Part shown: piece after piece, positions 35,691-45,046 of the stretch
Numbering within the stretch: position 1 is the stretch's first letter
Layout of the letters: the number at the start of each line of letters is the position of its first letter
Assembly (NCBI GenBank): GCA_009840165.1
Contig: VXOG01000034.1
Span: 2,455-66,454 of the forward strand
Direction of reading: 5' to 3'
Length of the DNA: 64,000 nt
Source: Chloroflexota bacterium
GTDB taxonomy: Bacteria; Chloroflexota; Dehalococcoidia; Lucifugimonadales; UBA3495
Notes under the pieces: generated by a model
Databases searched by the model: none
Told to the model about the DNA's origin: nothing
Seen by the model: the letters and a program-made list of their open reading frames with translations, nothing else
Made by a program: the position numbers and the translations under genes

Positions 35691-35731
35691 CACTTTGTAG
35701 GGGCGGGTTTGAAACCCGCCCCTACAAAGTG
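35691..35731. terminator. 41-nt perfect palindrome between convergent genes (bidirectional terminator / REP-like)
   Basis: cactttgtaggggcgggttt-g-aaacccgcccctacaaagtg. Confidence 0.7.
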
Positions 35732-35753
35732 TTGAATCAGCCCCGATGTGCGG

Positions 35754-36320
35754 CTATCCGGGAATCCTCTGCAACAGCGGCTCCGTCCGGTTCGGCAGCA
35801 GGTCGGTCTCGAAAGTGTTGATGAGCATTCCCAGCATGGTGTAGTTGCCCAACACCAGCGTCAACTCGATGGTGCCCTGCTGCCCGAAAATTTCGAGCGC
35901 GCTCTGGTAGCCGCCCCGGCTGACCTGGTGGTTGCGCAGGATTTCGCGCCCCAACTGAATCACCGCGGATTCGTCGGGCGCCAGGTCGGGCAGGGGCGTG
36001 TTGTCGCGGATGGCGTCCACCACGGCGGCCGGCACGCCGGCGTCGCGGGCGGATGCAGCGTGGGCGTTCCAGATGTGCTGACAGTCCATCTCACGGGCCG
36101 CAACGAGCATGGCCAACTCGGCCGCCTTCATCGGCAAGCTGGCATCGTTGCGCAGGTACTGATTCAAGGCCGTGGCGTGCTTGCTCGCCTCCGGCACGTG
36201 GACCATCACCGAGCCGGGCCCGTAGGGCGGTACCGCCGTGCCGTTCTGCGTTATCTCGTCAAAGGTGGCCTCCTGGCCGGCGGGTACAGTATCGCGGGTT
36301 GCTGCGGGTAGTCGCGCCAT
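35754..36320 (-). CDS. Carboxymuconolactone decarboxylase (AhpD-like) family protein
   Basis: 188 aa. Clear paralogue of 26305-26865 (MARLPAATRDTVP... versus MPRFPAASRDSVP...). Confidence 0.8.
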   Translation of the reverse strand: MARLPAATRDTVPAGQEATFDEITQNGTAVPPYGPGSVMVHVPEASKHATALNQYLRNDASLPMKAAELAMLVAAREMDCQHIWNAHAASARDAGVPAAVVDAIRDNTPLPDLAPDESAVIQLGREILRNHQVSRGGYQSALEIFGQQGTIELTLVLGNYTMLGMLINTFETDLLPNRTEPLLQRIPG

Positions 36321-36423
36321 TTCAGTTCTCCTTTGTACTTACGGGTAAGGCAGTTGCCTATCCCTTGACGGGATAGGGCCAGGGTGAGGGTGAACCTTTA
36401 GAGCCTAGGGTGAGAGTGAGAGT

Positions 36424-37158
36424 CTAACGGTAAGGTTTCTTCCCCGTTTTTTCCTCAAACAGTTTCCAGGTGTTTTCGTTGAAGGGATAGTATTTCCCAG
36501 GCGAACACTGCTCGATTTCCAGCTGGGCCTTGATGACGCCCTCAACCTCTTCCCGCTGGTGTGCGATGTTGATGACCTCTTGCGCGGCACTGGCCGGCAC
36601 CACTACCACTCCGTCATCGTCGCCCACGATAGCATCGCCGGGCCGAACCAGCACGCCGCCACACTGGATGCAATCGTTGACCTGCCACGGCCAGAACTCA
36701 GCCGGGCCCTGTTTGGCGGTGGCGTTGGCCGCATAGACGGGGAATCCGTACTCTTTCAGGGTATTGGTGTCGCGCACCGCTCCGTCGGTTACCAAGCCGC
36801 CGACACCGCGCTGGTACAGGCGAAAGAACTTGATGTCGCCCCCGATGCTGCTGAACGGCCACCGCATAGCATCGATGACCAGCACCTCGCCGGGGCCACA
36901 CAACTCAAAGGCAACGTATTCGGCGGAGTCGGCAGCCTTGGGCTTGTCGGCGGCGAGGTCGGGCCGGTGGGGTACGAACCGCAGCGTAACCGCGCGGCCG
37001 GCCATGTGCTGGCCGGGCTGGAGCGGTTTCGCGCCCTCGATCATGCTCATGGGCCAGCCCATCACCCACAAGCCGTCAATCAGCGTCTGAGTCGGAATAG
37101 TTTTCAGGGTCGCCAGCGTTTCGTCGGAAACGAACGTAGTGGATTCGGTGGTAGTCAT
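36424..37158 (-). CDS. RraA-family protein (4-hydroxy-4-methyl-2-oxoglutarate aldolase / oxaloacetate decarboxylase-like)
   Basis: 244 aa. ...GGLVTDGAVRD... and GD.IVGDDDGVVVVP motifs of the RraA/aldolase family. Confidence 0.8.
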   Translation of the reverse strand: MTTTESTTFVSDETLATLKTIPTQTLIDGLWVMGWPMSMIEGAKPLQPGQHMAGRAVTLRFVPHRPDLAADKPKAADSAEYVAFELCGPGEVLVIDAMRWPFSSIGGDIKFFRLYQRGVGGLVTDGAVRDTNTLKEYGFPVYAANATAKQGPAEFWPWQVNDCIQCGGVLVRPGDAIVGDDDGVVVVPASAAQEVINIAHQREEVEGVIKAQLEIEQCSPGKYYPFNENTWKLFEEKTGKKPYR

Positions 37159-37226
37159 TGCGTAACGGTTCCTACGCTTGCCAATGAGGATTGCGGCAAG
37201 CCGCCGGCATTGTAACAGAGTTGTCA

Positions 37227-37327
37227 GAATCAGGATTTGCCGGATTTAGGGATTATCAGGATTGAGGCCATTCCTACGTAAGGAGCCTCCAATCCGGTAA
37301 ATCCTCTAATCCGGAAAATCCCGATTC
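37227..37327. repeat. Roughly 100-nt imperfect palindromic element (41/42-nt arms built from 'aatccgg/ggatt' submotifs)
   Basis: Left arm 37227-37267 (gaatcaggatttgccggatttagggattatcaggattgagg). Right arm 37286-37327 is its approximate reverse complement. Confidence 0.75.
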
Positions 37328-37329
37328 AG

Positions 37330-37358
37330 AAAAAAGGCGGCCCCTTTCGGAACCGCCT
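37330..37358 (-). terminator. Intrinsic terminator after proX
   Basis: Minus strand: aggcggttccgaaaggggccgcc followed by tttttt. Confidence 0.6.
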
Positions 37359-37383
37359 CATTTGCGCTCGTTGAGTATCCGCT

Positions 37384-38595
37384 TTATTCGGATGGCCAGC
37401 CGTCGGCTTCCTCGCCGGCGGTCAGCGCTGCCTGAATGCCTTCAGCGGCCTCGTCAGTCACCCAGCCGCTCCAGATGTCGGCGTTGTTGTTGAGCCACCA
37501 GACGGCGGTGGCCTTAACGTCCGCGTCAGGATTTTCGCGTTGCCAGCGGGCGACAGACTTATAGATTTCAATGTTGAAATCCCAACTGCGCAGCATCTCA
37601 ACCACGTCCGGAGCCCGTCCGGGCAGGTTAGGGTTCACGGCGATAAGAATCGTAGCATCCTGATACGCGCAGGGCTTCACGTCTTCACTGGCCCAACACG
37701 CCGCGCTGTACGGGGGCTCTTCCAAGCGAACCAAGTCCAGGATCAACGCCGGATCGTTGGTGCCCCATTGGTAGCCAAGCCATGGCTCTTCACGCTCATA
37801 CGCGCCATAAAGGTCCGCATTGAGAGCGGCCCCATCGCCGGGGTTGATGACCTCTACGTGTTCTTCCAGACCATAGCCTTTGATCTGCGCCGCATTGACG
37901 TTCTCGCAGGCCCAACCGATGATACAGGACACCAGGCGAGCCTTGTCGCCGGTCTCCGCGGTCGTGAACAGGTCCTTGTACTGCTGTTCCTTCAGGTCGT
38001 CCACGTGGTCCAGGTCGGGGTACTGCTCTTGCAGGTACGCCGGGATCACGAACGCGGACTGCCAATCCTTGCCCAGGCTCTGGCCGACGGAAAGCACGGC
38101 CCCTTCTTCACGGGCGGCGTTCCAGGCTTCATCCTGGTTCGGGAGCCAGATCTCCATGGTGACATCGGTGTCGCCATTCTTCAGACCCTGGAACAGGGGC
38201 AGCGTGGCGCCGAACTTCACCTCGGTGGGATAGCCGTAACCCTTTTCGACAATGTACTGGGCGATCCGGTTTTGGAGCAGGGCGCTGGACCAGTTGAGGT
38301 CGCCGAAAATGATGGCTTCTTTGGGTCCCTCGGGGGCCATCACTTCAACTTCCTTGATGACCTCGACTTCCTTCACCACCTCTACTTCTTTGACAACCTC
38401 AACGGGCTTTTCGACAACCTTTTCGACTTCCTTGACGACTTCGACAGGCTTCTCAACCTCGACAACCCTTTCAACTTCAACCTCACGGGTAACCTCGATG
38501 GTCTGAGGCTCGGCCGGCGAACAGGCCACGACGGCGATGGCCGTTACAATGGCCAACACCATCGTTAGAGCCAAGAATTTGTACTTCGTGAACAA
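37384..38595 (-). CDS. proX: Glycine betaine/proline-betaine-type ABC transporter substrate-binding lipoprotein
   Basis: Lipobox AVVAC. A long (V/E/K)-rich linker, then ...FGDLNWSSALLQNRIAQYIVEKGYGYP..., typical of ProX/OpuAC. Confidence 0.85.
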   Translation of the reverse strand: MFTKYKFLALTMVLAIVTAIAVVACSPAEPQTIEVTREVEVERVVEVEKPVEVVKEVEKVVEKPVEVVKEVEVVKEVEVIKEVEVMAPEGPKEAIIFGDLNWSSALLQNRIAQYIVEKGYGYPTEVKFGATLPLFQGLKNGDTDVTMEIWLPNQDEAWNAAREEGAVLSVGQSLGKDWQSAFVIPAYLQEQYPDLDHVDDLKEQQYKDLFTTAETGDKARLVSCIIGWACENVNAAQIKGYGLEEHVEVINPGDGAALNADLYGAYEREEPWLGYQWGTNDPALILDLVRLEEPPYSAACWASEDVKPCAYQDATILIAVNPNLPGRAPDVVEMLRSWDFNIEIYKSVARWQRENPDADVKATAVWWLNNNADIWSGWVTDEAAEGIQAALTAGEEADGWPSE

Positions 38596-38809
38596 AATTA
38601 TTCCCTCCAGTTTGGGCGGTCAGCCGGAATTTCCCGGTACGGCAATTTGGTAGTTGGCGATTATCACAGCGTTGATAATCGTTGTCAATCAAACCAATAA
38701 AGCAGGATTCGGATTACATAATGAATCGTTTTCGTATCCGGGCGCACCGGGCCAAGCTAGCAACATAGACCAGAATCGTTGGGTGGGAGATCGCATCCGT
38801 ACCGGAGGG

Positions 38810-39319
38810 CTAGTCCTGGTCGTCTTCCAGCTCGTCAAGAAGCCGCTGCACGTCCGGGTTGTTTTCCGAAATCTGGCGGAGGAGTTCTCGCATCTTCTCG
38901 CGTTCTTCCACACGCCCCTCGGCTCGTCCCTCAGCTCGCCCCTTTGCTCGTTCTTTCTTCTGCCGTTCTCGCGCCCATTGCCTGGCGGCTTCCGTGGCTC
39001 CAAACATCAAGTCAACTCCTGCCGGCGGCCCGAACGAGATTAACCCGGCCAGCGCCACCATGTCCGTTATCCGACCCGGCGATTCCCGCAGCGCCTCCCG
39101 TACCATGCCCATCGCTATCGGCTTTGGCAGCAGGTCAATTATATCCCAAACCACATAGCCGACTCCGGCGACGCTCAACAACAGGAACAACCCGCCGCCG
39201 ATGTACTTCCATCTGCTCCAACTGTACCAATGCCGGCCGCCTTGCGATGGGCCGGATTTTAATTCCTTATCCGGTCCATCGCAGTTTTCGTCGTCGCCAC
39301 GTGGTTGACGCTCCGCCAT
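38810..39319 (-). CDS. Hypothetical membrane-anchored protein with a charged C-terminal helix, inserted between proW and proX
   Basis: 169 aa. One or two TM segments, then ...PAGVDLMFGATEAARQWARERQKKERAKGRAEGRAEGRVEE... Resembles 27940-28473. Confidence 0.5.
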   Translation of the reverse strand: MAERQPRGDDENCDGPDKELKSGPSQGGRHWYSWSRWKYIGGGLFLLLSVAGVGYVVWDIIDLLPKPIAMGMVREALRESPGRITDMVALAGLISFGPPAGVDLMFGATEAARQWARERQKKERAKGRAEGRAEGRVEEREKMRELLRQISENNPDVQRLLDELEDDQD

Positions 39320-39330
39320 GTACCTCCGCC

Positions 39331-40419
39331 CTAATGCCCGGCGCTCAGGGCTTCCTGTCGCCCACGCGCCACGGCCTGAGTCAGACGGTCAATGACGATT
39401 GCCATGAACACGATGGCCAGACCGGCGATCACACCGTTGCCCACCTCGTTCTTCTGGATCGCCCGGAGCACGTTGTCGCCGAGACCCCCGGCGGCCACCA
39501 TGCTGGCGATTGTGACCATGGCCAGGGCCATCATGGTCGTCTGGTTGATTCCGGCCATGATGGTCGGCAACGCCATGGGTATCTGCACCTTGGTCAGCAG
39601 CTGCAATGGCGAAGCGCCGAAGGAACGCGCCGCTTCCACCGTCTCCGGAGAAACCTGCCGGATGCCCAGATTGGTCAGGCGGATCACCGGGGGCACCGCG
39701 TAGATGATCGTGGCGAAAATGCCGGCCGGTTTGCCCAGTCCGAAGAACAGGATGCCCGGCAACAGGTACACAAAGCTGGGCATGGTCTGCATGCCGTCCA
39801 GGATGGGCCGCATGATGCGGTCAGCGGTCTGGTTCCGCGCTCCGAACACGCCCAGCGGCAGACCGATCCCCACTGACAGAACTACCGCCACCACCATCAG
39901 AGCCACGGTGTCGATAGTATTCTCCCACAGGTCCATAAACCCGATGAACAGCATGGCGAAGGCCGTAAACGCCATCAGTCCCCACCGCCCAACTGCAAAT
40001 GCAGCCAGCACCAATGCTAGCACCAGCGCCGGCCACGGCAGCCACTTCAAACCGTCTTCAATGTAGTTCAAAGCATAGGTGATGGCGTTCTTGATGCCAT
40101 CGAACAACCAGTCGCCTTTGGTAGTCAACCATTTGGTTCCCGTGTCGATGGCGTCGCCGGTCACGTCGCGCAGCGACTTGGGGAAACTGGTAGTTCCGTC
40201 GCTGGACTGGACGTGGGCGACGGTGGTGGGGTATTCCATGCCGGGACCCCCGATCCACAAGCTCACTCCCAACACGATCAGCACCGCGGCGATTCCCGCT
40301 CCCCACCAATAAATTGAGGGCAAGCTCCCCAGGGCGGCGCGGGCGGTTTGGGCGCCGTTCTGTGATTCCGTTGACGCCGGGGTGGTAGCGTCAGTTCGTT
40401 CTCCGGTGATTGCAGCCAT
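39331..40419 (-). CDS. proW: Glycine betaine-type ABC transporter permease
   Basis: 362 aa. BPD_transp_1 core (...SFGASPLQLLTKVQIPMALPTIMAGINQ...). Confidence 0.9.
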   Translation of the reverse strand: MAAITGERTDATTPASTESQNGAQTARAALGSLPSIYWWGAGIAAVLIVLGVSLWIGGPGMEYPTTVAHVQSSDGTTSFPKSLRDVTGDAIDTGTKWLTTKGDWLFDGIKNAITYALNYIEDGLKWLPWPALVLALVLAAFAVGRWGLMAFTAFAMLFIGFMDLWENTIDTVALMVVAVVLSVGIGLPLGVFGARNQTADRIMRPILDGMQTMPSFVYLLPGILFFGLGKPAGIFATIIYAVPPVIRLTNLGIRQVSPETVEAARSFGASPLQLLTKVQIPMALPTIMAGINQTTMMALAMVTIASMVAAGGLGDNVLRAIQKNEVGNGVIAGLAIVFMAIVIDRLTQAVARGRQEALSAGH

Positions 40420-40501
40420 GACACTCTCCTTCCTGATGGAGGGACTTGTCGCCGGGTGATCGGACGGCCCGACGGGAGGGGGCGACTCTTGCCGGTTGCG
40501 C

Positions 40502-41806
40502 CTACTGGCCAGCCAGCGCCGCGTTTTCGGCGGCGTTGGCTTCGTAGTCGGTGTTGGGATTGGAGGTTTCCGCGATGGCCTCAGCCAGCGCGCTGCGATG
40601 CACTTCGCCGACCAGGACGTTGTCTTCGTCGCAACATGGAATCGGGAAGTTGCTGCTCATGGCCATCGGGATCAGTTCGTCGAACGTAGTTGCCGGCAAG
40701 ACGGCCTGGTATTCTCGATCTACGTATTCCCAGGCTTCATCAATCCGCTTGACGCCGGCGCGGAGGGCGCGTTCCGCATCAGTGATGGAGAGCATCCCGA
40801 TGTAATGCTCCCGCATGTCCACCACCCAGGCGGCGTCGCCGTCGCTGTTGCCGATGGTGTGCAGCGCGGCCCGTGGCCCCTGGTGTCCCATGACGGTTGC
40901 CTTGGGCGTCACCATCACCTTGCTGGCGGTTAGGACGCTTTCCAGGCGCACGTCCTGGGTGAAATCGCCGACGTATTCGTCCTCGGGACGCAGCACGATG
41001 TCTTCGGGGGAACCGATCTGCGCCACCTGGCCGTCGTGCATGATGGCGATGCGGTCGCCGAGTTTCAACGCCTCGTTGAGGTCGTGAGTGATGAACACGA
41101 TGGTTTTGTGCAGGTCAGTTTGCAAGCGCAGCAGTTCATCCTGCATCTGGCGTCGAATCAATGGGTCCAGGCCGCTGAAGGGTTCGTCCATGAGCAGGAT
41201 GTCCGTGTCAACCGCCAGGGCCCTCGCCAGTCCGACGCGCTGCTGCATGCCGCCGGAAAGTTGTCTCGGGTAGGCATCTTCCCATCCGCCCAACCCCACC
41301 AGTTCCAACACTTCCTTGGTGCGGGCATAGCGTTCCTGCTTGCTCACGCCCTGCACTTCCAGTCCCCAACTGGCGTTGTCCAGCACGTTGCGGTGCGGTT
41401 GCAGGCCATAGTGCTGGAACACCATGGCAATTTTGTCGCGGCGAAACTCCATCAACTCTTTGTCGGACATACCGGTGATGTGCTCCCCGTCGATTACGAT
41501 GTCCCCGGCGGTCGGCTCGATGAGGCGGATGAGACACCGCACCATGGTGGATTTGCCACTGCCCGACAGGCCCATAATGACGAAAGTCTCGCCACGGTTC
41601 ACCGCGAACGAGACATCCTGTAGCCCTACCACGTTGCCGAATTCGCTCTGAAAGTACGACTTATCGTGCCCGGCATACTGTGGGTCCAATACGCGCTCCG
41701 GGTTCCTGCCGAACACCTTCCACACGGAACTGACCCGGATAAAGGGCTGGTCTTCGTGCTCCGATACGTAGGCGCTGTTGATTGCTGTTTCTTCGTGGGC
41801 AGCCAT
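40502..41806 (-). CDS. proV: Glycine betaine-type ABC transporter ATPase with C-terminal CBS domains
   Basis: Walker A GLSGSGKST, signature LSGGMQQRVGLARAL, Walker B ILLMDEPFS. Preferred ATG 41806 (MAAHEE...); the track ORF extends to 41977. Confidence 0.9.
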   Translation of the reverse strand: MAAHEETAINSAYVSEHEDQPFIRVSSVWKVFGRNPERVLDPQYAGHDKSYFQSEFGNVVGLQDVSFAVNRGETFVIMGLSGSGKSTMVRCLIRLIEPTAGDIVIDGEHITGMSDKELMEFRRDKIAMVFQHYGLQPHRNVLDNASWGLEVQGVSKQERYARTKEVLELVGLGGWEDAYPRQLSGGMQQRVGLARALAVDTDILLMDEPFSGLDPLIRRQMQDELLRLQTDLHKTIVFITHDLNEALKLGDRIAIMHDGQVAQIGSPEDIVLRPEDEYVGDFTQDVRLESVLTASKVMVTPKATVMGHQGPRAALHTIGNSDGDAAWVVDMREHYIGMLSITDAERALRAGVKRIDEAWEYVDREYQAVLPATTFDELIPMAMSSNFPIPCCDEDNVLVGEVHRSALAEAIAETSNPNTDYEANAAENAALAGQ

Positions 41807-42500
41807 GGTTAGACACCCCCGTGCTTGCGGCAAGCGACGCAATGTTATTTGGTTCGGAGGCTCACCGTAGGCCCGGCTGCAAAGGTTTGTCAACCCTACC
41901 CAGAACTCGCGCGTACTTGGTTTCAATTGAGCGGGCGTTGAAAGAGAATTACAGCCAATTCCCCAAAACGGTGACACCCGCCCGTTGACCCAACCGGAAC
42001 GCCGGTTCTATCATAGTCTCATCACGTGAAAGACCAGCTGGTCTCGGCAAATCCCATCCCCATCCCAAACCTGCCAGAGGTGAACCTAACCATTCGGTCG
42101 TAACGGCCAGTCAGTAAAAATCGCATACGTCCGGCAAGACCTCGTTCGGCCAATACCTCACCGAGCGGACCGGTCCCAACGGACACCGCAGTGACCGGAC
42201 TGCGGGTGGCCTGCCTCCTCGGATGCAGTCCCGAAACCTAACGCGGATAAACCCTTGCGTAAAACCCCCGGCCGTGGGCTGACAGCGACCATCGGAAACC
42301 CTCACCTCTGGCAGGCAAAGGAGAACCCCAAACCCCGATCCCCCGCTCTTCCTGAGCCCTTCGCCTGAGCCCTTCCAAGGATCAAACCCAAAGGAGAACA
42401 CCAATCGAAACATTACACCGACTAAACGACCAACCATAACCAGGCATCGCCATGCGAAACCCCGTTTGCGGCGGAACGCTCCTGCTCCGCTCCAGGCGGA

Positions 42501-42529
42501 ATGACAGGGTGGGCGCAACCCGCTATAAT
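42501..42529 (+). promoter_or_regulatory. Candidate sigma70-type promoter for the acyl-CoA dehydrogenase pair
   Basis: ATGACA, 17-nt spacer, TATAAT (42524-42529), about 50 nt upstream of ATG 42579. Confidence 0.45.
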
Positions 42530-42578
42530 TGCACGCCGTACAATCAAGGGATCAACCCTCGAGTAAGGCGGCTTTGTT

Positions 42579-43781
42579 ATGGAATTCGCATTCACCCCGG
42601 AACAGGAAGCCCTTCGCTCCGAAGTCCAGCAATTCATCGCAGAAAACGTTACCCCGGAGATCGTGGCGGAGCTGGAGAGCACCGGCATCCGCCGCCGCGG
42701 GCCCAAGACCCGCGAGATGTACCAGCAGATCGCCGAACGGGGTTGGATCGGCATTTCCTGGCCCAGGGAATACGGCGGACAGGCCGGAAGCCGCATCGAC
42801 CAGTACATCGTCGAAGAGGAATTCGCCCGCGTCGGCATCACCGTCGGCGGCGCCGGTTCCGGCGCGCCGGCCATCCTGGCCGCCGGCACCGAGGAGCAGA
42901 AGCAGGAGTTCCTGCCCGGCATCATCCGCGGCGAAATCTCCTTCGCGCTGGGATTCACCGAACCCCAGGCCGGCGCCGACCTGGCCGGTTTGCAGTGCCG
43001 CGCCGTCCGCGACGGCGACGAGTACGTGATCAACGGCCAGAAGATGTACACCACCGCGGCCCATTACGCCACGCACATCTACCTGATGGCGCGCACCGAC
43101 CCTGACGCTCCGCGACACCGGGGAATCAGCATCTTCCTCATTCCCATGGACACGCCCGGCATCACGGTACGTCCCCTGTGGACCATCCAGAACGACCCGC
43201 CGGCTCCCCTGGGCACCACCTACGGCGACAACCGCACCAACGAAACCTTCTTCGAGAATGTGCGCGTTCCCGCCTCCTGCATGTTGGGCGAGGAAAACCA
43301 GGGCTGGTACGTGGGCGCGATGGGCCTGAACTTGGACCGGGTTGGCGCGTCCCGCTACCTCATTTCCATCCAGCGCGACGAAGACATCGTGAACTGGGTC
43401 AAGGGCAACGAAATCGAAGGCGTCGCCATGCGCGAAGACCCCACGATGCGCGATCGTTTGGCGGATATGTGGATCGAGGGGCAGGTTTGCCGCCTGATGA
43501 CCATGCGCAGCATGTCCATCGTTGAGCACGACGGGACCTTTACCTACGAGGGTTCCGCCGAGAAAGTTTTTGCGCCTGAGCATGGCGTCCGCACTACCGA
43601 AACCATCGCCCAGATGCTCGGCCCCTACGGTCAACTGCTGAACGGCTCCGAAGACGCGGTTGAGAGCGGCGTGTTCGCCCACAACCTCATGGGCGCTTTC
43701 CAGAGCGGCATCAACCACGGCAGCGTGCAGGTGATGCGCGACCAGGTAGCCCGCCGCGGCCTAGGCATGCCTCGGGTGTAA
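42579..43781 (+). CDS. Acyl-CoA dehydrogenase family protein
   Basis: 400 aa. ...WIGISWPREYGG..., GFTEPQAGADL, ...INGQKMYTT... ACAD blocks. Confidence 0.85.
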   Translation: MEFAFTPEQEALRSEVQQFIAENVTPEIVAELESTGIRRRGPKTREMYQQIAERGWIGISWPREYGGQAGSRIDQYIVEEEFARVGITVGGAGSGAPAILAAGTEEQKQEFLPGIIRGEISFALGFTEPQAGADLAGLQCRAVRDGDEYVINGQKMYTTAAHYATHIYLMARTDPDAPRHRGISIFLIPMDTPGITVRPLWTIQNDPPAPLGTTYGDNRTNETFFENVRVPASCMLGEENQGWYVGAMGLNLDRVGASRYLISIQRDEDIVNWVKGNEIEGVAMREDPTMRDRLADMWIEGQVCRLMTMRSMSIVEHDGTFTYEGSAEKVFAPEHGVRTTETIAQMLGPYGQLLNGSEDAVESGVFAHNLMGAFQSGINHGSVQVMRDQVARRGLGMPRV

Positions 43782-43832
43782 TAGCGTCAAACGGCAGTTT
43801 CCCATCCAAATGATCCAATCAACCGAGGCACG

Positions 43833-45008
43833 ATGAACGTATTACCCAACGAAGAAGAGTTGATGGTTAAGAACGCCGCCAGAGAATTCCTGGCGGCGGA
43901 ATGCCCTCCCAGCCTGCCCCGGGCCATTGAGCAGGATGAGCGCGGTTACTCGGTGGAACTGTGGGAAAAGATGGCGGCCCTGGGCTGGTTCGGCATATCT
44001 TTGCCCGAATCCCACGGCGGGGGCGGACTTCCCGTTACGTACCTGGGTCTCATCCTGGAAGAATGCGGCCGAGCCATCGCGCCGGTGCCTTTCCACAGCA
44101 CGGCGACGGCGGCCCTCGCGGTAGCGCGGCACGGCTCTGCCGAACAGCAACAAGCCATTTTGCCCAGAGCGGCGCGCGGCGACTTGATCATGACCTGGGC
44201 AGTGCAGGAGCAGGATCCCCGCCTTCGTCCAGACGCCATCCAGTGCCGGGCCGAGGTGGATGGCGACAGTCTGGTAATCAACGGCATCAAGCACTTCGTG
44301 GACAATTTCTCCGCCGCCGAGTTCGTGGTCACGGCGGTGCGAACAGGTTCGCCGAGCGATGACAACGCCGGCATCAGCCTGGTGATCGTGCCGACCAACA
44401 GCGCCGGCATCACCGAGACCAGGCTGACTACATTGGCCAAAGACTCTCAGAGCAAGCTCGCGCTGGATGGCGTGCGCGTTCCGCTGAGCAACGTCATCGG
44501 CGAGGTCAACCAGGGTTGGCCGGCCACCTCGGACATGCTCGACGTGGGCACCGCCCTGCTGTGCGCCCAGATCACCGGCGCGGCCCGCAAGGACGCGGAG
44601 ATGGCCATTGACTACGCCAAGAATCGCGTCGCCTTCGGCCGCCCTATAGCCGGATTCCAATCCATTCAACACCTGTGCGCCGACATGATCGTGTGGACGG
44701 ACGGGGCGCAATTGCTGACCTACGAAGCGTTGTGGAAGCTGGACGCCGGCCTCCCCTTTGGCGTGGAAGTGTCGCAGGCCAAAGCGTTCACTAACGACAA
44801 GTGCCAGGCCACCGTGCGCTCTTCCCAGCAAATCCACGGCGGAATCGGGTTCATGATGGAGTTCGACCTGCACCTGTGGTACCGCCGGGTTACGGCGTGG
44901 ACGATGCGCCTGGGAACCAGCTTCGAGCACCGGGCCCGGGTAGCCCGAGCGCTGCTTGATCAGCCCGGCGAAGTGAGGCTGGGCATGAACCTTCATCCAG
45001 TAGGCTGA
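43833..45008 (+). CDS. Acyl-CoA dehydrogenase family protein (second, tandem)
   Basis: 391 aa. ...WFGISLPESHGG..., ...INGIKHFV..., QIHGGIGFMMEFDLHLWYRR. Confidence 0.85.
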   Translation: MNVLPNEEELMVKNAAREFLAAECPPSLPRAIEQDERGYSVELWEKMAALGWFGISLPESHGGGGLPVTYLGLILEECGRAIAPVPFHSTATAALAVARHGSAEQQQAILPRAARGDLIMTWAVQEQDPRLRPDAIQCRAEVDGDSLVINGIKHFVDNFSAAEFVVTAVRTGSPSDDNAGISLVIVPTNSAGITETRLTTLAKDSQSKLALDGVRVPLSNVIGEVNQGWPATSDMLDVGTALLCAQITGAARKDAEMAIDYAKNRVAFGRPIAGFQSIQHLCADMIVWTDGAQLLTYEALWKLDAGLPFGVEVSQAKAFTNDKCQATVRSSQQIHGGIGFMMEFDLHLWYRRVTAWTMRLGTSFEHRARVARALLDQPGEVRLGMNLHPVG

Positions 45009-45046
45009 ACAGCTCTCAGAAAATAATCAATCGGAGGAGACCAACA

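Noticed and set aside
41980-42500. RNase P RNA, tmRNA, SRP RNA or a cobalamin riboswitch in the long proV/ACAD spacer.
   Set aside because: The invariant blocks I know are absent on both strands. These are GAGGAAAGUCCGGGC and ACAGAACCCGGCUUA for RNase P, the GGGGCUGA...UCCACCA ends for tmRNA, the SRP domain IV motif and the B12 box.
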